Source: an uncultured Nitrososphaerales archaeon
GTDB taxonomy: Archaea; Thermoproteota; Nitrososphaeria; Nitrososphaerales; Nitrososphaeraceae
Assembly: GCA_963709405.1 (NCBI GenBank)
Contig: CAVPXM010000006.1
Coordinates: forward strand, 28,884 to 92,883
DNA length: 64,000 nucleotides
Direction: 5' to 3'
The notes below the pieces were generated by a model. It saw nothing but the letters and a program-made list of their open reading frames with translations, made no database searches and had not been told where the DNA came from. The position numbers and the translations under genes are program-made. This document shows, one piece after another, positions 1-11,950 of the stretch (its first letter is position 1; every line of letters starts with the position of its first letter).

Positions 1-503
1 TTCTGCTTACATGATATCAAAGGGCCTAATTAAATGGACAAGAATGATTCGGGCCCCGACGTATGTGAATCATTTTTGACATAAATTTTGGGCTCAAACG
101 TCCTTTGACTCCAGTTGAGTCTTTGAGCCCTGTACCTTCATTTGTGATATTCATTTATTGCAATAGATTAGAATCCAGTAGGTAATAGGGCTCATAACCA
201 GTATATGACATATTCTACCTAAAAAAATGTTTCAGTCTATAGAACTATGTCGTAGTTAGATTCTGAAATCAGTTCATGCTTCATTCAATGGATGATTCAA
301 TCCTCCCTCCCCAGCATAATTATCGAACGCAGTCAATAGGATTGCCATTTTTTATGACTAGATCAATCAAACCAGGGTAAAGCTTGCCTACCGAAAGGAA
401 CCTTATAAAAATAAACATACCCAATTCCTGTTAACTTTAATGGCACAAAAATAGTGATTATATTAAGAATACAGGCGGGAAGGTGTTGTTGGGTTTAGCA
501 TGA

Positions 504-1562
504 TCAACCTCTAGATTTTGATGTTGTCGAAAGAAACGTATTTAATATCTTACCGATCTCAGCCGGATATTGATCCACTACCGCATGCCCAGCATTTTTG
601 ATCTGTACAAGCCATGCTCCTGGAATCTTTTCTGCAATCTTTAAAGAATTAACATGTGGCTGGTAGAAATTATCATCTGTTCCAGTTATGACCAACGTAG
701 GTTTAGCCAATTTCGCAAGCTCATCACAAGCACCACTCCAGTTTGGATTGTCCTCCCAATGCTTTCCTACATTATTCTGATTATTCGCTATTTCAGGGGG
801 CAAACCAGGCTTCAATTGTTGTAATGTTGTAATGTTTGCTGGAATGTTAAGAGATTCAGGATGTAATTTGATCCATCCTGATCCTACTGAGGCAGATACA
901 AGCGATTTCAATTCCTCGTGAGTAATCGGAATATTATGTAGGGATTTGTTTACAATTTCAGATTGCAATTTTATAAACTCGGGTGGTTTAGGTGTATGAT
1001 CTTTTCCACCACATGATGAACCAGCAAGTATAAGGCTATTAACCTTATTTGGATACATGAGTGTAAGCTGTTGGGCTAAATATGTTCCAAGAGAATATCC
1101 CATAACATCTGCTTTTGGTATTTTCAGAGCATCAAGCAAACCAGCTGTATCGTTTGCTAGTTGCTGATAAGTGTATGGTCTAGAACCAGCTGTTGTATTT
1201 GCAATCCCACGTTGATCAAACACAATCACTGTGTGATTTGAGGCAAGACCTTTTAGAAGGGATGGGTCCCAGGCATCCATATTATCAGAAGCGCCATTGA
1301 AAAGTATTATAGGATCACCTTTGCCAAACATTTTGTACGCAACATCAATATCTCCTACATGGACTTTTTTTAATGGGATATTTTGCATATTTGCCGAATT
1401 AACAGTGTTGGAATTCGTTTGGTTTGGATCTGATTGACCATACACTACTTTAGTAATGTCAAAATAACCATAGTTACTGATAGATGAGCTTGTGATAACA
1501 AGAGTAGATATTACGGCAATAAGGACTAGATGATCTTTCCTAACAAGTCTGTGACTAGACAC
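504..1562 (-). CDS. Alpha/beta-fold hydrolase with N-terminal membrane anchor/signal peptide
   Basis: GYSLG nucleophile elbow, VFDQRGIA, GTDD acid, NAGH catalytic His; hydrophobic N-terminus. Confidence 0.9.
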   Translation of the reverse strand: MSSHRLVRKDHLVLIAVISTLVITSSSISNYGYFDITKVVYGQSDPNQTNSNTVNSANMQNIPLKKVHVGDIDVAYKMFGKGDPIILFNGASDNMDAWDPSLLKGLASNHTVIVFDQRGIANTTAGSRPYTYQQLANDTAGLLDALKIPKADVMGYSLGTYLAQQLTLMYPNKVNSLILAGSSCGGKDHTPKPPEFIKLQSEIVNKSLHNIPITHEELKSLVSASVGSGWIKLHPESLNIPANITTLQQLKPGLPPEIANNQNNVGKHWEDNPNWSGACDELAKLAKPTLVITGTDDNFYQPHVNSLKIAEKIPGAWLVQIKNAGHAVVDQYPAEIGKILNTFLSTTSKSRG

Positions 1563-2419
1563 GCACCCTATACTCGCTGCGTAGTATTTAAAGTGATTCT
1601 GACCTTAGACAAAAGGAGTTGTCTATTCGTAAATCATCATAATTCAGCAGAAATGTGGGTCATTATTGCAGTACTCTAGATTCTGGCCGCTTACGATATG
1701 AGATTTTTATGATTGTTATAGGCCTCGATGAACGCATAGGGAACGTAAGTACTAAGGCAAGGGAACTAGATACATGCATTTCTCTCAGAATGAACGAGGT
1801 TGGAACACACTTCTATCAATTAAGTTAAAAATCAAACTTGAAATTACATTGGGCCCAGAGGTGTGTGAATCAAATTTGACTCAATTTTGAGGCCCGAGAT
1901 AACGTCAATCAGATCGTTCAACATTGAGATATCCATAAGTTGCTGCATATCTGGGTTATACTTGTAGATCCTTAAACAGTATTCTGCACCATTACAATTA
2001 GAATCTTCTTCTATATGAAACTTGCAGAAAATTCAATTACAAGCGTCAATACTATGTATATAGGTGTGGTAAACAGATTTGCCTATATTTCAACAGTAGT
2101 AATGTTACCGGCAGCTATAACAGGCCAATTGAAATGAAAGCAGTGTTAGCCGCTGTGATTAGTATTGTGCTCTTGATGGGCCGCCCTCGGCCTTTGCATT
2201 GACGGATTATCAATCTGGTAAAAAGACATTTGCCTCCACAATGATTCACAACAATGGTGTACGCCTCTATACCCCGCTTGGCTCTGTAGGTACGTACTGG
2301 TGGCTTCACTGACCAAATGTTTAAAAGGAAAAAGAGAGGAGCAACGATTCTATTGAAACGCATGCAACTCATGGATTGGTACTAACTAGACATTTGGACA
2401 CAAATTGGTTCACTACATC

Positions 2420-2775
2420 ATGAGTAAGTTTGGGGAATCTTAATAGCTCTGATTTATGTATCTCAGGATCTTTGTACTTGATGTGATGCTCTATTGATTG
2501 CAGATGGACATTCTTTATATCAGGATGTAATCTGCAGTAAAAGTATCCCTGCTTTTTAGCAATTATAGGATAACACTGGCTCTGGTCTAGAGTGTGTTCC
2601 GGAAGTTGCGCGTATGGTGTTGTTGGATCATCAAGAAAGAAATCAGTTATCGATCTGATTTTGGGCGTGTCTTCTATATCTATGGATGGTTTGGTTGGTA
2701 ACGGGGAACATGACCATGCGCGCCCCTCAATGTTCCCGTCCAGTTTCCCGTTATTATCGCTAGTGATTTACCTGT
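2420..2775 (-). repeat. Degenerate mobile-element segment 'Z' (copy 1), Cys/His-containing protein tail
   Basis: Minus strand reads YFYCRLHPDIKNVHLQSIEHHIKYKDPEIHKSELL; homologous to ~4330-4705, 33600-33925, 49760-49865, 52260-52410, 62180-62360. Confidence 0.8.
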
Positions 2776-2789
2776 GGATTTCCTTAGAG

Positions 2790-3009
2790 CATGATATTGC
2801 AGGAAGTTCAGGAAATGATATACTGCATGGTAACGTAGGAGATGATATAGTACAAGGAGGATCAGGAAATGACCAAATATTTGGAGATGATGGTAATGAC
2901 GTACTTACATGAAGCACAGGAGCTGATCACTTTGATTGTGGTTCTGTTACGGATAGAATCACAGTACTTTCAACGAGGTATTGGTACAAAGACAGTAGAT
3001 TGCGAGTAA
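2790..3009 (+). pseudogene. RTX/hemolysin-type Ca-binding repeat protein, C-terminal fragment
   Basis: GSSGND/GGSGND/GDDGND nonapeptides; in-frame TGA at 2910, then STGADHFDCG..DRIT, then a frameshift and ..TKTVDCE*. Confidence 0.8.
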
Positions 3010-3268
3010 TTAGATAGGTCTACTGACTAAAGAACTGTACTTATCTTCAAAGAAAAAACAGGAATGAAGGAAGGTACTAAGTTCTAATACATAGCCAAAC
3101 AGCATTAATGTCCCAGAGGTCTGGTTTACAGTATATAAACTAAATACGAACTAATTCTACAACAAATTCTGAGTTATTCATAGCTATAATACAATGATAA
3201 TAAATAGATGAATAATTTACAGTTTGCTTATCTACATATTTTGATATAATGAATTCAGGTTACCTAAT

Positions 3269-3329
3269 TGTTGTACTTGCACGGATAGGTTACATTTCTA
3301 ATTACCTACATGGGTTACACTTTTCTGTA
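3269..3329 (-). mobile_element. Internally deleted IS481-family remnant (one end only) between CCTAAT direct repeats
   Basis: 3269-3328 matches the IS end starting at 63806; CCTAAT at 3263-3268 and 3330-3335. Confidence 0.75.
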
Positions 3330-3403
3330 CCTAATAGCCTCAGACTTACACTAATTTAGCTGTTGGACAACATACAGCGCAATTTAGGGCGACCGATAGT
3401 TTA

Positions 3404-3793
3404 CAAAATACCGCGTCTGTCTCCTTTACATGGCAAGTAACAACACCATCTCCACCACCTGACAGTCAATGTACAGGTAGTGGTAACACCGTGATTACAG
3501 GTACAAATGGAGATGATACTCTGATAGGAACCGCTGGTTCTAACGTTATAAATGGTCTTGCTGGAAATGATGTTGTAAATGGTGGCGATGGAAATGATGG
3601 TATTGCAGGAAGCACAGGAAATGATATAATACGAGGAGATTCAGGAAATGACCAAATATCTGGAGGCAATGGCAATGATATCCTTACCTGAGGTCCAGGA
3701 AATGATCAGTTTACTTGCGGTGGTGGTACAGACAGAATTACTGACTTCCAGCCAGGCCTTGATACAAAGACAGCAGATTGTGAAATAAGTTGA
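3404..3793 (+). pseudogene. RTX/hemolysin-type Ca-binding repeat surface protein, 5'-truncated
   Basis: SFTWQVTTPSPPP linker, GxxGND repeats, in-frame TGA at 3689 followed by open GPGNDQFTCGGGTDRITDFQPGLDTKTADCEIS*. Confidence 0.8.
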
Positions 3794-4059
3794 TGTGATT
3801 TAGTAGTAGTAGCAATAACTATTACTGCTAATCTCATATTTTTAGCTAGCTAACAGAGTCTAATACAAACTAGTTAGAACATCGAAAATCTAGAATATTT
3901 CGTAATTTGCAAATACAATCTTTGACCTCGATTTACCACTGAATCAAAGATCATATTTCTTAGATATCGTGCTGTCAACTAATTCCTATTCGTACCGATG
4001 AGGCATCTGGCGCGCGCCCATGACTAACTAACATACAAAGTGTTATGTGATTATGTCCA

Positions 4060-4705
4060 TTTATCATAGTCTATACAGATAATGTCACCTTCCAGAAAAT
4101 ATTTATAATCTGGTGTGTCGCACATCTGTATTAGAAGACACTCTTTCCGATATAACTTAACTGGACTTTAAAAGAATCCGATATTATCTGATATATTAAA
4201 AACTAACTGGATATTAGCAAATTGAATCCGTGGGTTAACATCAACCAATGATTACTATCTATAGATATCAATTGTAGAGTCGGCAGTTCAGTTGCGTAAT
4301 TAATGTCGCTAAGTCCTGAAGTTTTACCTATTGATAGGATCAGCTGCTCATATGAGTTTGGGAATGTTCAGCTAATTTCAAGAACCTTGATTTATGTAAT
4401 AGAGGATCTTTGTATTTGATTCTCTCGATTCTGGTGTACATACTTTATCTCAGGATGTAATCCGCAGTGATAGTCTTCCTGCTTTATAGCAATTATTGGA
4501 TAACACGGGCTTTGGTCTAAATCTTGCTTTGGGAGCGGTGTGTATATGGCGTACTTGGATCATTATAAGAGAAGTCAGTTATTGACCTAATTTTGGCCGT
4601 GTCTTCTATATGTATAGCTGATTCGTTTGGTAACTGGGACATGAGCAGGCGCATCCTTCAACATCCCCGTCAGATTTCCAGTTAATATCACTAATGATCT
4701 TCTTA
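4060..4705 (-). repeat. Degenerate mobile-element segment Y+Z (copy 2)
   Basis: Near-colinear with 33340-33925 (aaatatttataatctgg...gattactatcta...gatctttgtatttgattctctcg). Confidence 0.85.
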
Positions 4706-4738
4706 TGGCTTCGGTTTATCTAAATGTGAGATGACGAG

Positions 4739-4858
4739 CCGTCATAGACGTCAGGGTATCCATAGTACTTTATTGAATCTCATATTATGAACATGTGACA
4801 CCTTACGTACTATTTTTTCTTGTACAGATTTGAATATGTACTACGGTTACTATGGATA
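4739..4858. repeat. Origin-like site: inverted 9-bp-period arrays around an AT-rich spacer
   Basis: ccgtcatag-acgtcaggg-tatccatag ... ctacggtta-ctatggata; homologous to 60848-60982. Confidence 0.55.
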
Positions 4859-5718
4859 ATCGCGTCTTAGACTTTGATTGCTTAGCCCCCGTGATTCGAT
4901 GTGTTCAGGATAAATGTCTCGACTAGTTCTTCTCCTCTTTAGACGGGATGAATTTAGAAACACTTTCGACGAATAGGGCAATAAGAAGACCATCATAAGC
5001 TGAGCCACATCCGCAAAACTCAGAGGCTCTATCAATAGCTTCCGTCTTCTTTTTGACAAATAGACAGGCCTTTAGGTTAGAGAACAATGGTGAATTATTG
5101 CAGAGGTTATCAAAGTTAGTTGGGACAACAATAAAAGCAAAGATTTGTTATATCTAGTAAGTGAAAAATAGGACTATATCAAATGGTAAAAATTACATCA
5201 TCTCATCTAACAGCAGATTCTTAAATTCATAGTAGAAGCGTGAAAAGAGTCTATAGACTTGCAGTCCTAATTGGAATCGGGCTACGTGCAGGTACAGCCA
5301 TAATTTTTATAGGCAACTATTTTATTAGTTCACAACAACTAACAGACGTTGGACAAAACAATCGATGCTCAACTGATCAGATATTAACAAATATCAAATG
5401 AATTTGTGCTGTTCTCTTTCGTTGTACATTCTCTATCTATAATTAGTAGAGAATGTTACGTATTATCAAAAATGTGAATATCCGAAATTTTGTTGCTACC
5501 TGTGTATACATATGAAATTCTGTATTTTGACACTGGGTTAGACTTAGCCGCTTATTCCTAGTAACTATAGTGTATGCTTCTAGATTAACTGGCCTTCCCT
5601 TTATTTACGGAAAGCATAGTCTAAAGGAGAGAGACCTTAAATGAGTTGAGAAAATTAGAAGAACAATAGAGTACTAGAGTGCTTAATTATTAATACTGAG
5701 CTTGATAATAACAATAAT

Positions 5719-5810
5719 AAGTTAAGTATCATATTATTCATCTACAAATCTGGTCATAATCACGAAGAGATGAGAGATGTTTTATAGACATAAATTAAGA
5801 TAGTTAACTT
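5719..5810. mobile_element. 92-bp MITE-like element (copy 1)
   Basis: Terminal IR aagttaagtatc/gatagttaactt; same-length homologue at 15745-15836. Confidence 0.7.
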
Positions 5811-6061
5811 GGCAATTGTCTGAAAGCTGTTGTAAGTAGCTCTTCAATACAAGAATTGGATTTAATTATTAATACTTATTTTGGCAGCCACAGTTTTGAT
5901 GTAATAATTAATGGTGACGATTTTGAAGGAAAGACTAGACATAACCTGATCTTGATCCATTCTGTACAATAGTGACAAAGTTAAAAAATGTATAATCCTT
6001 AATCATTTGGTTAAACGCAAGTAACACCAAATCATAATAATGGCATACTATCATAACTTGG

Positions 6062-7353
6062 TTACATAATTATTAGTGAAGCAAGGAGACCAGGATGTAT
6101 TAATTTCAAGTGAAATTCTTCTCCTTTGATGTACCGAAATTCGTCATAATTCAATAAAAGGCGAGCATACCCTGAAGTAAATTCTTTTCCGGTAACCTCT
6201 AACACCGAATCATTAAGTCTACTTAATATGGATCCGTATAAAGACACGTATTTTTGGATGTAACTCGATATTATAAAAAGCAATTATATTCCTTTCTAAT
6301 CAAGGATCTAAACATATAATACCATGGACTTTCTATTTCATTTGATACTTTTTTATCACATTTTAATACTATATTGTAGTTGCTCAAGTCCAAGAATATG
6401 TTGCCAAAAGAACAGTAAAGGAATTTTTGAAGACTGGCTTCTCTCATCGCAGACCAAAAGTAGACGTACGTTATTCCCTTACCTAATACAACATGTACCT
6501 AATTTGCTTTGACCTGACTCGAGATAAAGAATCATGATTATCTCAGCGAAAGTTTCCTTTACATCGAATTTTATAGTCTGCCCGTTGAACTAGGTCCAGT
6601 AACAGATACATTATTACTCTTATTAAGAACGTCACTCACTATTATATCGTCACATATACCAGGAATAGCCTTTCTTACTGAAACCTTTCTTATGCGATTA
6701 TCAAATAGTCTATCTAGCAACGGCATGACATGTGGAATCATACCTATAGCTACACCGGTTTTCCAAAAGTAAGTTCTATCTCTGGAGTCTAAATCAGATT
6801 CACAAAGAACAAAATCGAGAGAATGACTTTCTAGTAATAATTTTAGATTGTATTCGAGTTGCATATCTTTCAGAAATTGTCTAACCTTTGGCTTCCACAG
6901 ATAGTGATCGATTCCGAGTATTTTAATAGATCTTGAGGATTCAACAATTTTTCGAAGACGTTCCTGATCTAATGCCCAAGGCTTTTCGATTATAAAAATA
7001 TCAGCATATCCAGAGTATTTCTTGATAGTAGATTCGAAGATCTCAGGAGGAAGAGACAAATAGAAAATTCTTTGAAAACCTTTTTCATAATCTGTCCGTA
7101 ATATTTCTCTTAACAGCAAATTATCAGCAACCACTTCACTGCCTCCATTCTCTTGCACGAATCTTTCCTTACACCAGTTGGTCTGCTCTTCCGTTAATAG
7201 CCTGCTTTCTCCAATAATGGACTCAAAACTCTTCTTATCAATTATCGTCACTTTGAGTTCTGGAAGATCATTACAAATAGCCATTACCACCGGAATCAGA
7301 TGGATTCTGTTCTGACCAAAGCCAACTAATACTAAATGAGTCTTTGTTTCCAA
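6062..7353 (-). pseudogene. Divergent glucose-6-phosphate dehydrogenase (Zwf)-like gene, broken 3' half
   Basis: IFYLSLPP, IIEKPW and IDHYLWK match G6PD motifs YLAVPP/EKPFG/IDHYLGK; downstream frames give ETFAE, LGKG and YARLL. Confidence 0.65.
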
Positions 7354-7386
7354 TCAGGATTTATTATTAATACATAATTATATAAC

Positions 7387-9017
7387 TTACAACTGATTTT
7401 TATCTGTATGACAAGCGGCTAAATGTTTGTACAAGTCTGGTTCAATATAACTTCGTGAAGAACCGAAAATATCAAAACTTCTGCTATAGACTGAATAGGG
7501 GAAAGTAGTGCAAATTTCTCCTTCGCCTTGTTCGTGCAATAGTAAACCATATTTGAATGCTCTCGTGTCATCGTTTAATATTTCTGCGATCCTGCTCTTT
7601 TCTTTTGTGTACTGAATGTCCACCAAATGCTTTTCGTTTAGCTTGACGCTATCTTCTGTAGCACCTATCACACGGCTATTAAGCATAACCTCAACTCCAT
7701 TATTGTGTAGCTTTTGTAATGCAAATTCAGCTAATTTCTTACTCATTTCCGGTAAAAGTCTGTTTCCTGATTGAATAATTACAACTCTGATATTTTTAAT
7801 GTCTATGTTATGATAATAGTCTTTTGCAGAGTCACGAACAAAATCATTTATTTCACCCGCAGTTTCAACTCCTGCAAACCCTCCTCCTACTATAGTAAAT
7901 GTTAAAAGTGCAAGCACTTGGTACTTACTTCCAAAGTGTTTGTTGAAGCATCAGTTTTTTCTAATAATTGGGGCAGTGATAAGGACTGAATTACAACTTG
8001 CTTTTTATCCAAGTCTATATCTTCTATTATGGCAGCATAGAATCTTGATCTATTACAAAAGGCTCTTACAGGTGTTACAATATGTCTTGTTTCGATCATT
8101 CCGGAAGCTACTTCGTGAAGCATGGGTGTGAAAAGCAGATAGTTATCTTTGCTAATCATTGCAATATCAATACTAATATCAGTTTGAAAATAATCCTGCA
8201 GCTTTCCGAGTCCAGATACTCCACCAAATCCACCTCCTAATATCAATATGGTTTTTCTATTTTGTACTGGATTGCCTCCATGGACAAGGCTTATGTGGTT
8301 TTGAAGTATATCAATCCGTGAAAATGATATATCACAAAGTAGCGGACATCTATATCTTGCACCAAACTTTATAGATAATAATGATGAAAATGATCCTAGA
8401 GTAATCCCAAATGCCAGATTCATAACAATCGAATTAATTATAGATATTAACTGAGGATTAGTGTATTGTTGTTGTTGGTGTTGTTGTTCAGCAGCTTCTT
8501 TATTAATTATGACATTATTATTATTGTAAAAATTATTATTGGTAAAGGCATCTGATGATGATAGCGTACGTCCAAATTCCGGATTTAATACAAATTGCCC
8601 AACTGGAACAGCCCAAACTAGATAAACTATTGCACCAACAAGCAATCCATAGCGCAAGCCATTTGATGGTTTACTTATATTTAGAATGTTCGTCTTATAG
8701 AGAAACAACCCTGCTACTATACCAATGCAAGTAGCAGTTAGAAGATGAATTGCAAATCCTGCAATAATGGTTGATGAAATAGATGAATGAACACCAAGAA
8801 CATGTCCAAATACTATCCATGTCAGATAGTATCCTGAGTCTCCCATTACAGATAAAAAGGTATAGGGAATTGCCATAACAAGAGCACCAGCCAGAGCTCC
8901 GGCAATAATGAAAAATACCTCTCTTTTAAATGAAAAGTCTATTCTAACTTTCTGAGGCTCGATATTCTTTATTTGTTGTTTTGAGTCTTGACGTTGTTGT
9001 TTTCCAGTTAACTTCAA
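7387..9017 (-). pseudogene. Membrane domain + C2H2-like finger + type II NADH dehydrogenase-like fusion, frameshifted and truncated
   Basis: Multi-TM N-terminus, CPLLC..H..H, ILGGGFGG, FTPMLHEVASG, VGGGFAGVETAGE; frame break ~7910; unrelated sequence below ~7630. Confidence 0.8.
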
Positions 9018-9036
9018 AATATATTAACTCATTTTT

Positions 9037-9579
9037 TTATGGACCAGATACCACTTGTACTGTTCCCTTCATTGTGAATGGATGGTATGCACAATGGTAT
9101 GTAAATGTACCAGTCATAGTTGGTTTGAAAGATAATTGGCCTGAACCACTTGGGTTTATATCATCACTTGATGGTAATACATCTGCTCCTGTATCTATAA
9201 TCAATTCATGTTTTGTATCTGTAGGATTTTGGATCTTTATGATATTACTGGCGTTTGCAAAGACCTTTAATGTGGGATTAGATGTTGCTTTACCAGTATC
9301 TATCCAATTATATACCCCTGGTTTTACTTCTTTTGTTGATAATTGAATAGTGTTAGTAGTGGAAGTAGTTGCATTTTTGTCTTTTATAGCAGATGCTGTT
9401 TGTAAATGGTATCGATTTGAGTAACTACTAATATTCATTAAACCAAATACCATTGCTGCTAACATACATGTTGCAATAACTGCAAACACTATCAGTGTTT
9501 TGTTGTTGTATCCAGATGATGTTTTTGTATTCATCGCACTACAACTCCAAAGGATAACATTTATACTGGACGTGCACAT
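9037..9579 (-). CDS. Cupredoxin (blue copper) domain protein, membrane-anchored
   Basis: HEL...YHCAYHPFTM type-1 Cu ligand set; N-terminal TM; start probably near 9534. Confidence 0.85.
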   Translation of the reverse strand: MCTSSINVILWSCSAMNTKTSSGYNNKTLIVFAVIATCMLAAMVFGLMNISSYSNRYHLQTASAIKDKNATTSTTNTIQLSTKEVKPGVYNWIDTGKATSNPTLKVFANASNIIKIQNPTDTKHELIIDTGADVLPSSDDINPSGSGQLSFKPTMTGTFTYHCAYHPFTMKGTVQVVSGP

Positions 9580-9623
9580 GAAAGATCAAAAATTATCATA
9601 TGTAATACGATGTATTACATCAG

Positions 9624-9890
9624 ATGTTGTTGGTGGACATACAGAATAATAACATTATACTACGTATGAATAGCATATTGGCGAGACTGGTTAAAAAGGA
9701 ATACAAGGGTCCACTGGAGATTAAGGTTGGGACAAATAGCATGTGGATTTGCATGTGTGGTTTAAGCAGTAACCAACCATTTTGTGATGAATCCCATAAG
9801 AAAACAGCAGATGAAGAAGATAATAAAACTTATGCATATGAAAGAGAAGGCGACAGAATTGAAGTTAGGAATTGGGAAGTAGTGTATTAA
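9624..9890 (+). CDS. CDGSH iron-sulfur domain protein
   Basis: WICMCGLSSNQPFCDESH motif; true start probably further downstream. Confidence 0.85.
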   Translation: MLLVDIQNNNIILRMNSILARLVKKEYKGPLEIKVGTNSMWICMCGLSSNQPFCDESHKKTADEEDNKTYAYEREGDRIEVRNWEVVY

Positions 9891-10036
9891 GTCATGTCAT
9901 TTTGTAATTATCGACTCACTACTGATACAATTCAAAAAATAGCTCATGCAGATTTTGTTCAGTTCAGTATCACAGATAGAACTAACTACGAATACATAGC
10001 ATCATTTATTTAACTCTCAATTAACCGTGATATTCA

Positions 10037-11950
10037 ATGCCTGAAAAATATAGTAGTTTTAAAATTAAGAGTATATTCTATGGAAGAGCTAAAGTAATCG
10101 CCTTTATTAGTATTGTATTGATGATATCAATTACTTATGGTTTATTTTTTTACTTCCAAGATATTACAGAAAGTAACGTCAAAAATAATTTATTTGCCCA
10201 ACAAAGAGATAGGCAGATTATGGCAACAAGAAATCTCTCTCAGCATATTGCGTCAGACCTAGGTCTAGTAGAAGCCAGACTTGAGGGTTTATCAAATTCA
10301 ATATATCTCCAGCAAGGGGATTTAACTAGCGATAAAACAAAAATGTTAGTTCAAGCCAACTTTTTGAAAATAGATACTATAGTAGATCATCTTTTTGTTG
10401 TAAATAAAAACAATATAGTGACGATAGACATTGCAGCAAAAGGTGCAAAAACATTTGTGAGTACCGATGTCTCACAACGACCATATGTAGTGCAATCACA
10501 AAAAACCCCAGAGCCAGTATTTTCTAATGGTTATGTAGGATTAGATGGTAAAACCAGGATTGGAATAACCTATCCTGTAATAAATACACAGACAGGGAAA
10601 TATTTAGGATTGGTAGTAGCAGTTGTTCCCGTTGTACAATTCTTGTCCAATTATGAAAATATTTACAATATAGAGTCACAGTTCCTTGTAGCTTATGATA
10701 AAAGTAAAAACTACATAGCTACTCCAAGGACACAATTGTTAGGAAAGACCTTTTTTGCAAACGATGTTCAAGAATTCTTCCATCATGACCAGATACAGAA
10801 TAATCTATACCATCAAGTTTTCTCAGGTAAGCCAGGATATGCTGTCTATGACTTTGGAAGCGGTGAAAGATTGAATACAGGTTATCCTATATTTCTGTCT
10901 GGAAAGCCAACATATTTTGTTTTTGTAGTAACACCTACTGCCACAATATACTCCCAAGTTGGCAAAGTTCTCTTTTTACAAAGAATAGAGACATTTTCAT
11001 TGCTCGCAGGTGCTACTGTTGCAATTGTAGTTTTAATTGTGTTTCTTATCAAATGGAGTAGTCTAAATGAGGAAGTAAAGAGAAGAGGAAAGGAATTAGA
11101 AGAAGCAAACAAAGATCTTGAAACTGCAAATAAACAATTGTCATTGTCAAATGAGCAGCTAAAGATACATGATAAAGCTCAACAAGAATTTATCAATATA
11201 GCAGCACATGAACTACGTACTCCAATACAACCAATCATCGGCTTGTCTGAGATTCTTCGTTCCAAAAAGCCGGAAGAGCAGTTACAGCAGGAGACTATGT
11301 TGGATGTTATAATCAGAAACGCAAAAAGACTGCAGAGACTATCTCAAGTTATATTAGATATTACAAGAATAGAAAGTGGATTATTAAAGCTCAATAAGGA
11401 ACGTTTCAATCTAAAACAAGTAATATTCAATACTGTTGATGAGTACAGAAATCAGATCAAAAACTCTAACAGCAATATAAGACTAGCGTATGGATTTGAC
11501 AAACAAGAAGAGACAAAGCAAGGAGAAGGAAGAGGTCGACAACAACAAGAGCAACTACTACACAAGCAGCTGCTAATTCCAGATAATATTCAGACTATCC
11601 TTGTAGAAGCAGATAAAGTAAGAATATTGCAAGTAATCGATAACCTACTTTGTAATGCCCTTAAATTTACAAAGCAAGGAACTATATCTTTATCAGTAGA
11701 AAGCAACGATAGGAGGCAGGCTGTAGTGAGTGTAAAGGATAATGGTCAAGGTATAGATCTTAGCATATTGCCAAAGCTGTTTACAAAATTTGCTACAAAG
11801 TCTGAAATGGGAGGTACTGGTTTAGGATTGTTTATTTCAAAGAATATTATCGAAGCTCATGGAGGCAAAATATGGGCTGAGAATAATACCAACGAAAAGG
11901 GAGCTACTTTTTACTTTAGTCTACCATTAGTAGAGCCATCAACGCATTGA
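10037..11950 (+). CDS. Sensor histidine kinase (Cache-like sensor domain, HisKA, HATPase)
   Basis: Two TM segments, AAHELRTP H-box, NALKF N-box, DNGQG, GTGLGL G-box. Confidence 0.95.
   Translation: MPEKYSSFKIKSIFYGRAKVIAFISIVLMISITYGLFFYFQDITESNVKNNLFAQQRDRQIMATRNLSQHIASDLGLVEARLEGLSNSIYLQQGDLTSDKTKMLVQANFLKIDTIVDHLFVVNKNNIVTIDIAAKGAKTFVSTDVSQRPYVVQSQKTPEPVFSNGYVGLDGKTRIGITYPVINTQTGKYLGLVVAVVPVVQFLSNYENIYNIESQFLVAYDKSKNYIATPRTQLLGKTFFANDVQEFFHHDQIQNNLYHQVFSGKPGYAVYDFGSGERLNTGYPIFLSGKPTYFVFVVTPTATIYSQVGKVLFLQRIETFSLLAGATVAIVVLIVFLIKWSSLNEEVKRRGKELEEANKDLETANKQLSLSNEQLKIHDKAQQEFINIAAHELRTPIQPIIGLSEILRSKKPEEQLQQETMLDVIIRNAKRLQRLSQVILDITRIESGLLKLNKERFNLKQVIFNTVDEYRNQIKNSNSNIRLAYGFDKQEETKQGEGRGRQQQEQLLHKQLLIPDNIQTILVEADKVRILQVIDNLLCNALKFTKQGTISLSVESNDRRQAVVSVKDNGQGIDLSILPKLFTKFATKSEMGGTGLGLFISKNIIEAHGGKIWAENNTNEKGATFYFSLPLVEPSTH

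Noticed and set aside
51-1900. Short similar segments at ~51-100 and ~1851-1895 as att sites flanking the hydrolase
   Set aside because: Too degenerate; look like paralogous gene fragments
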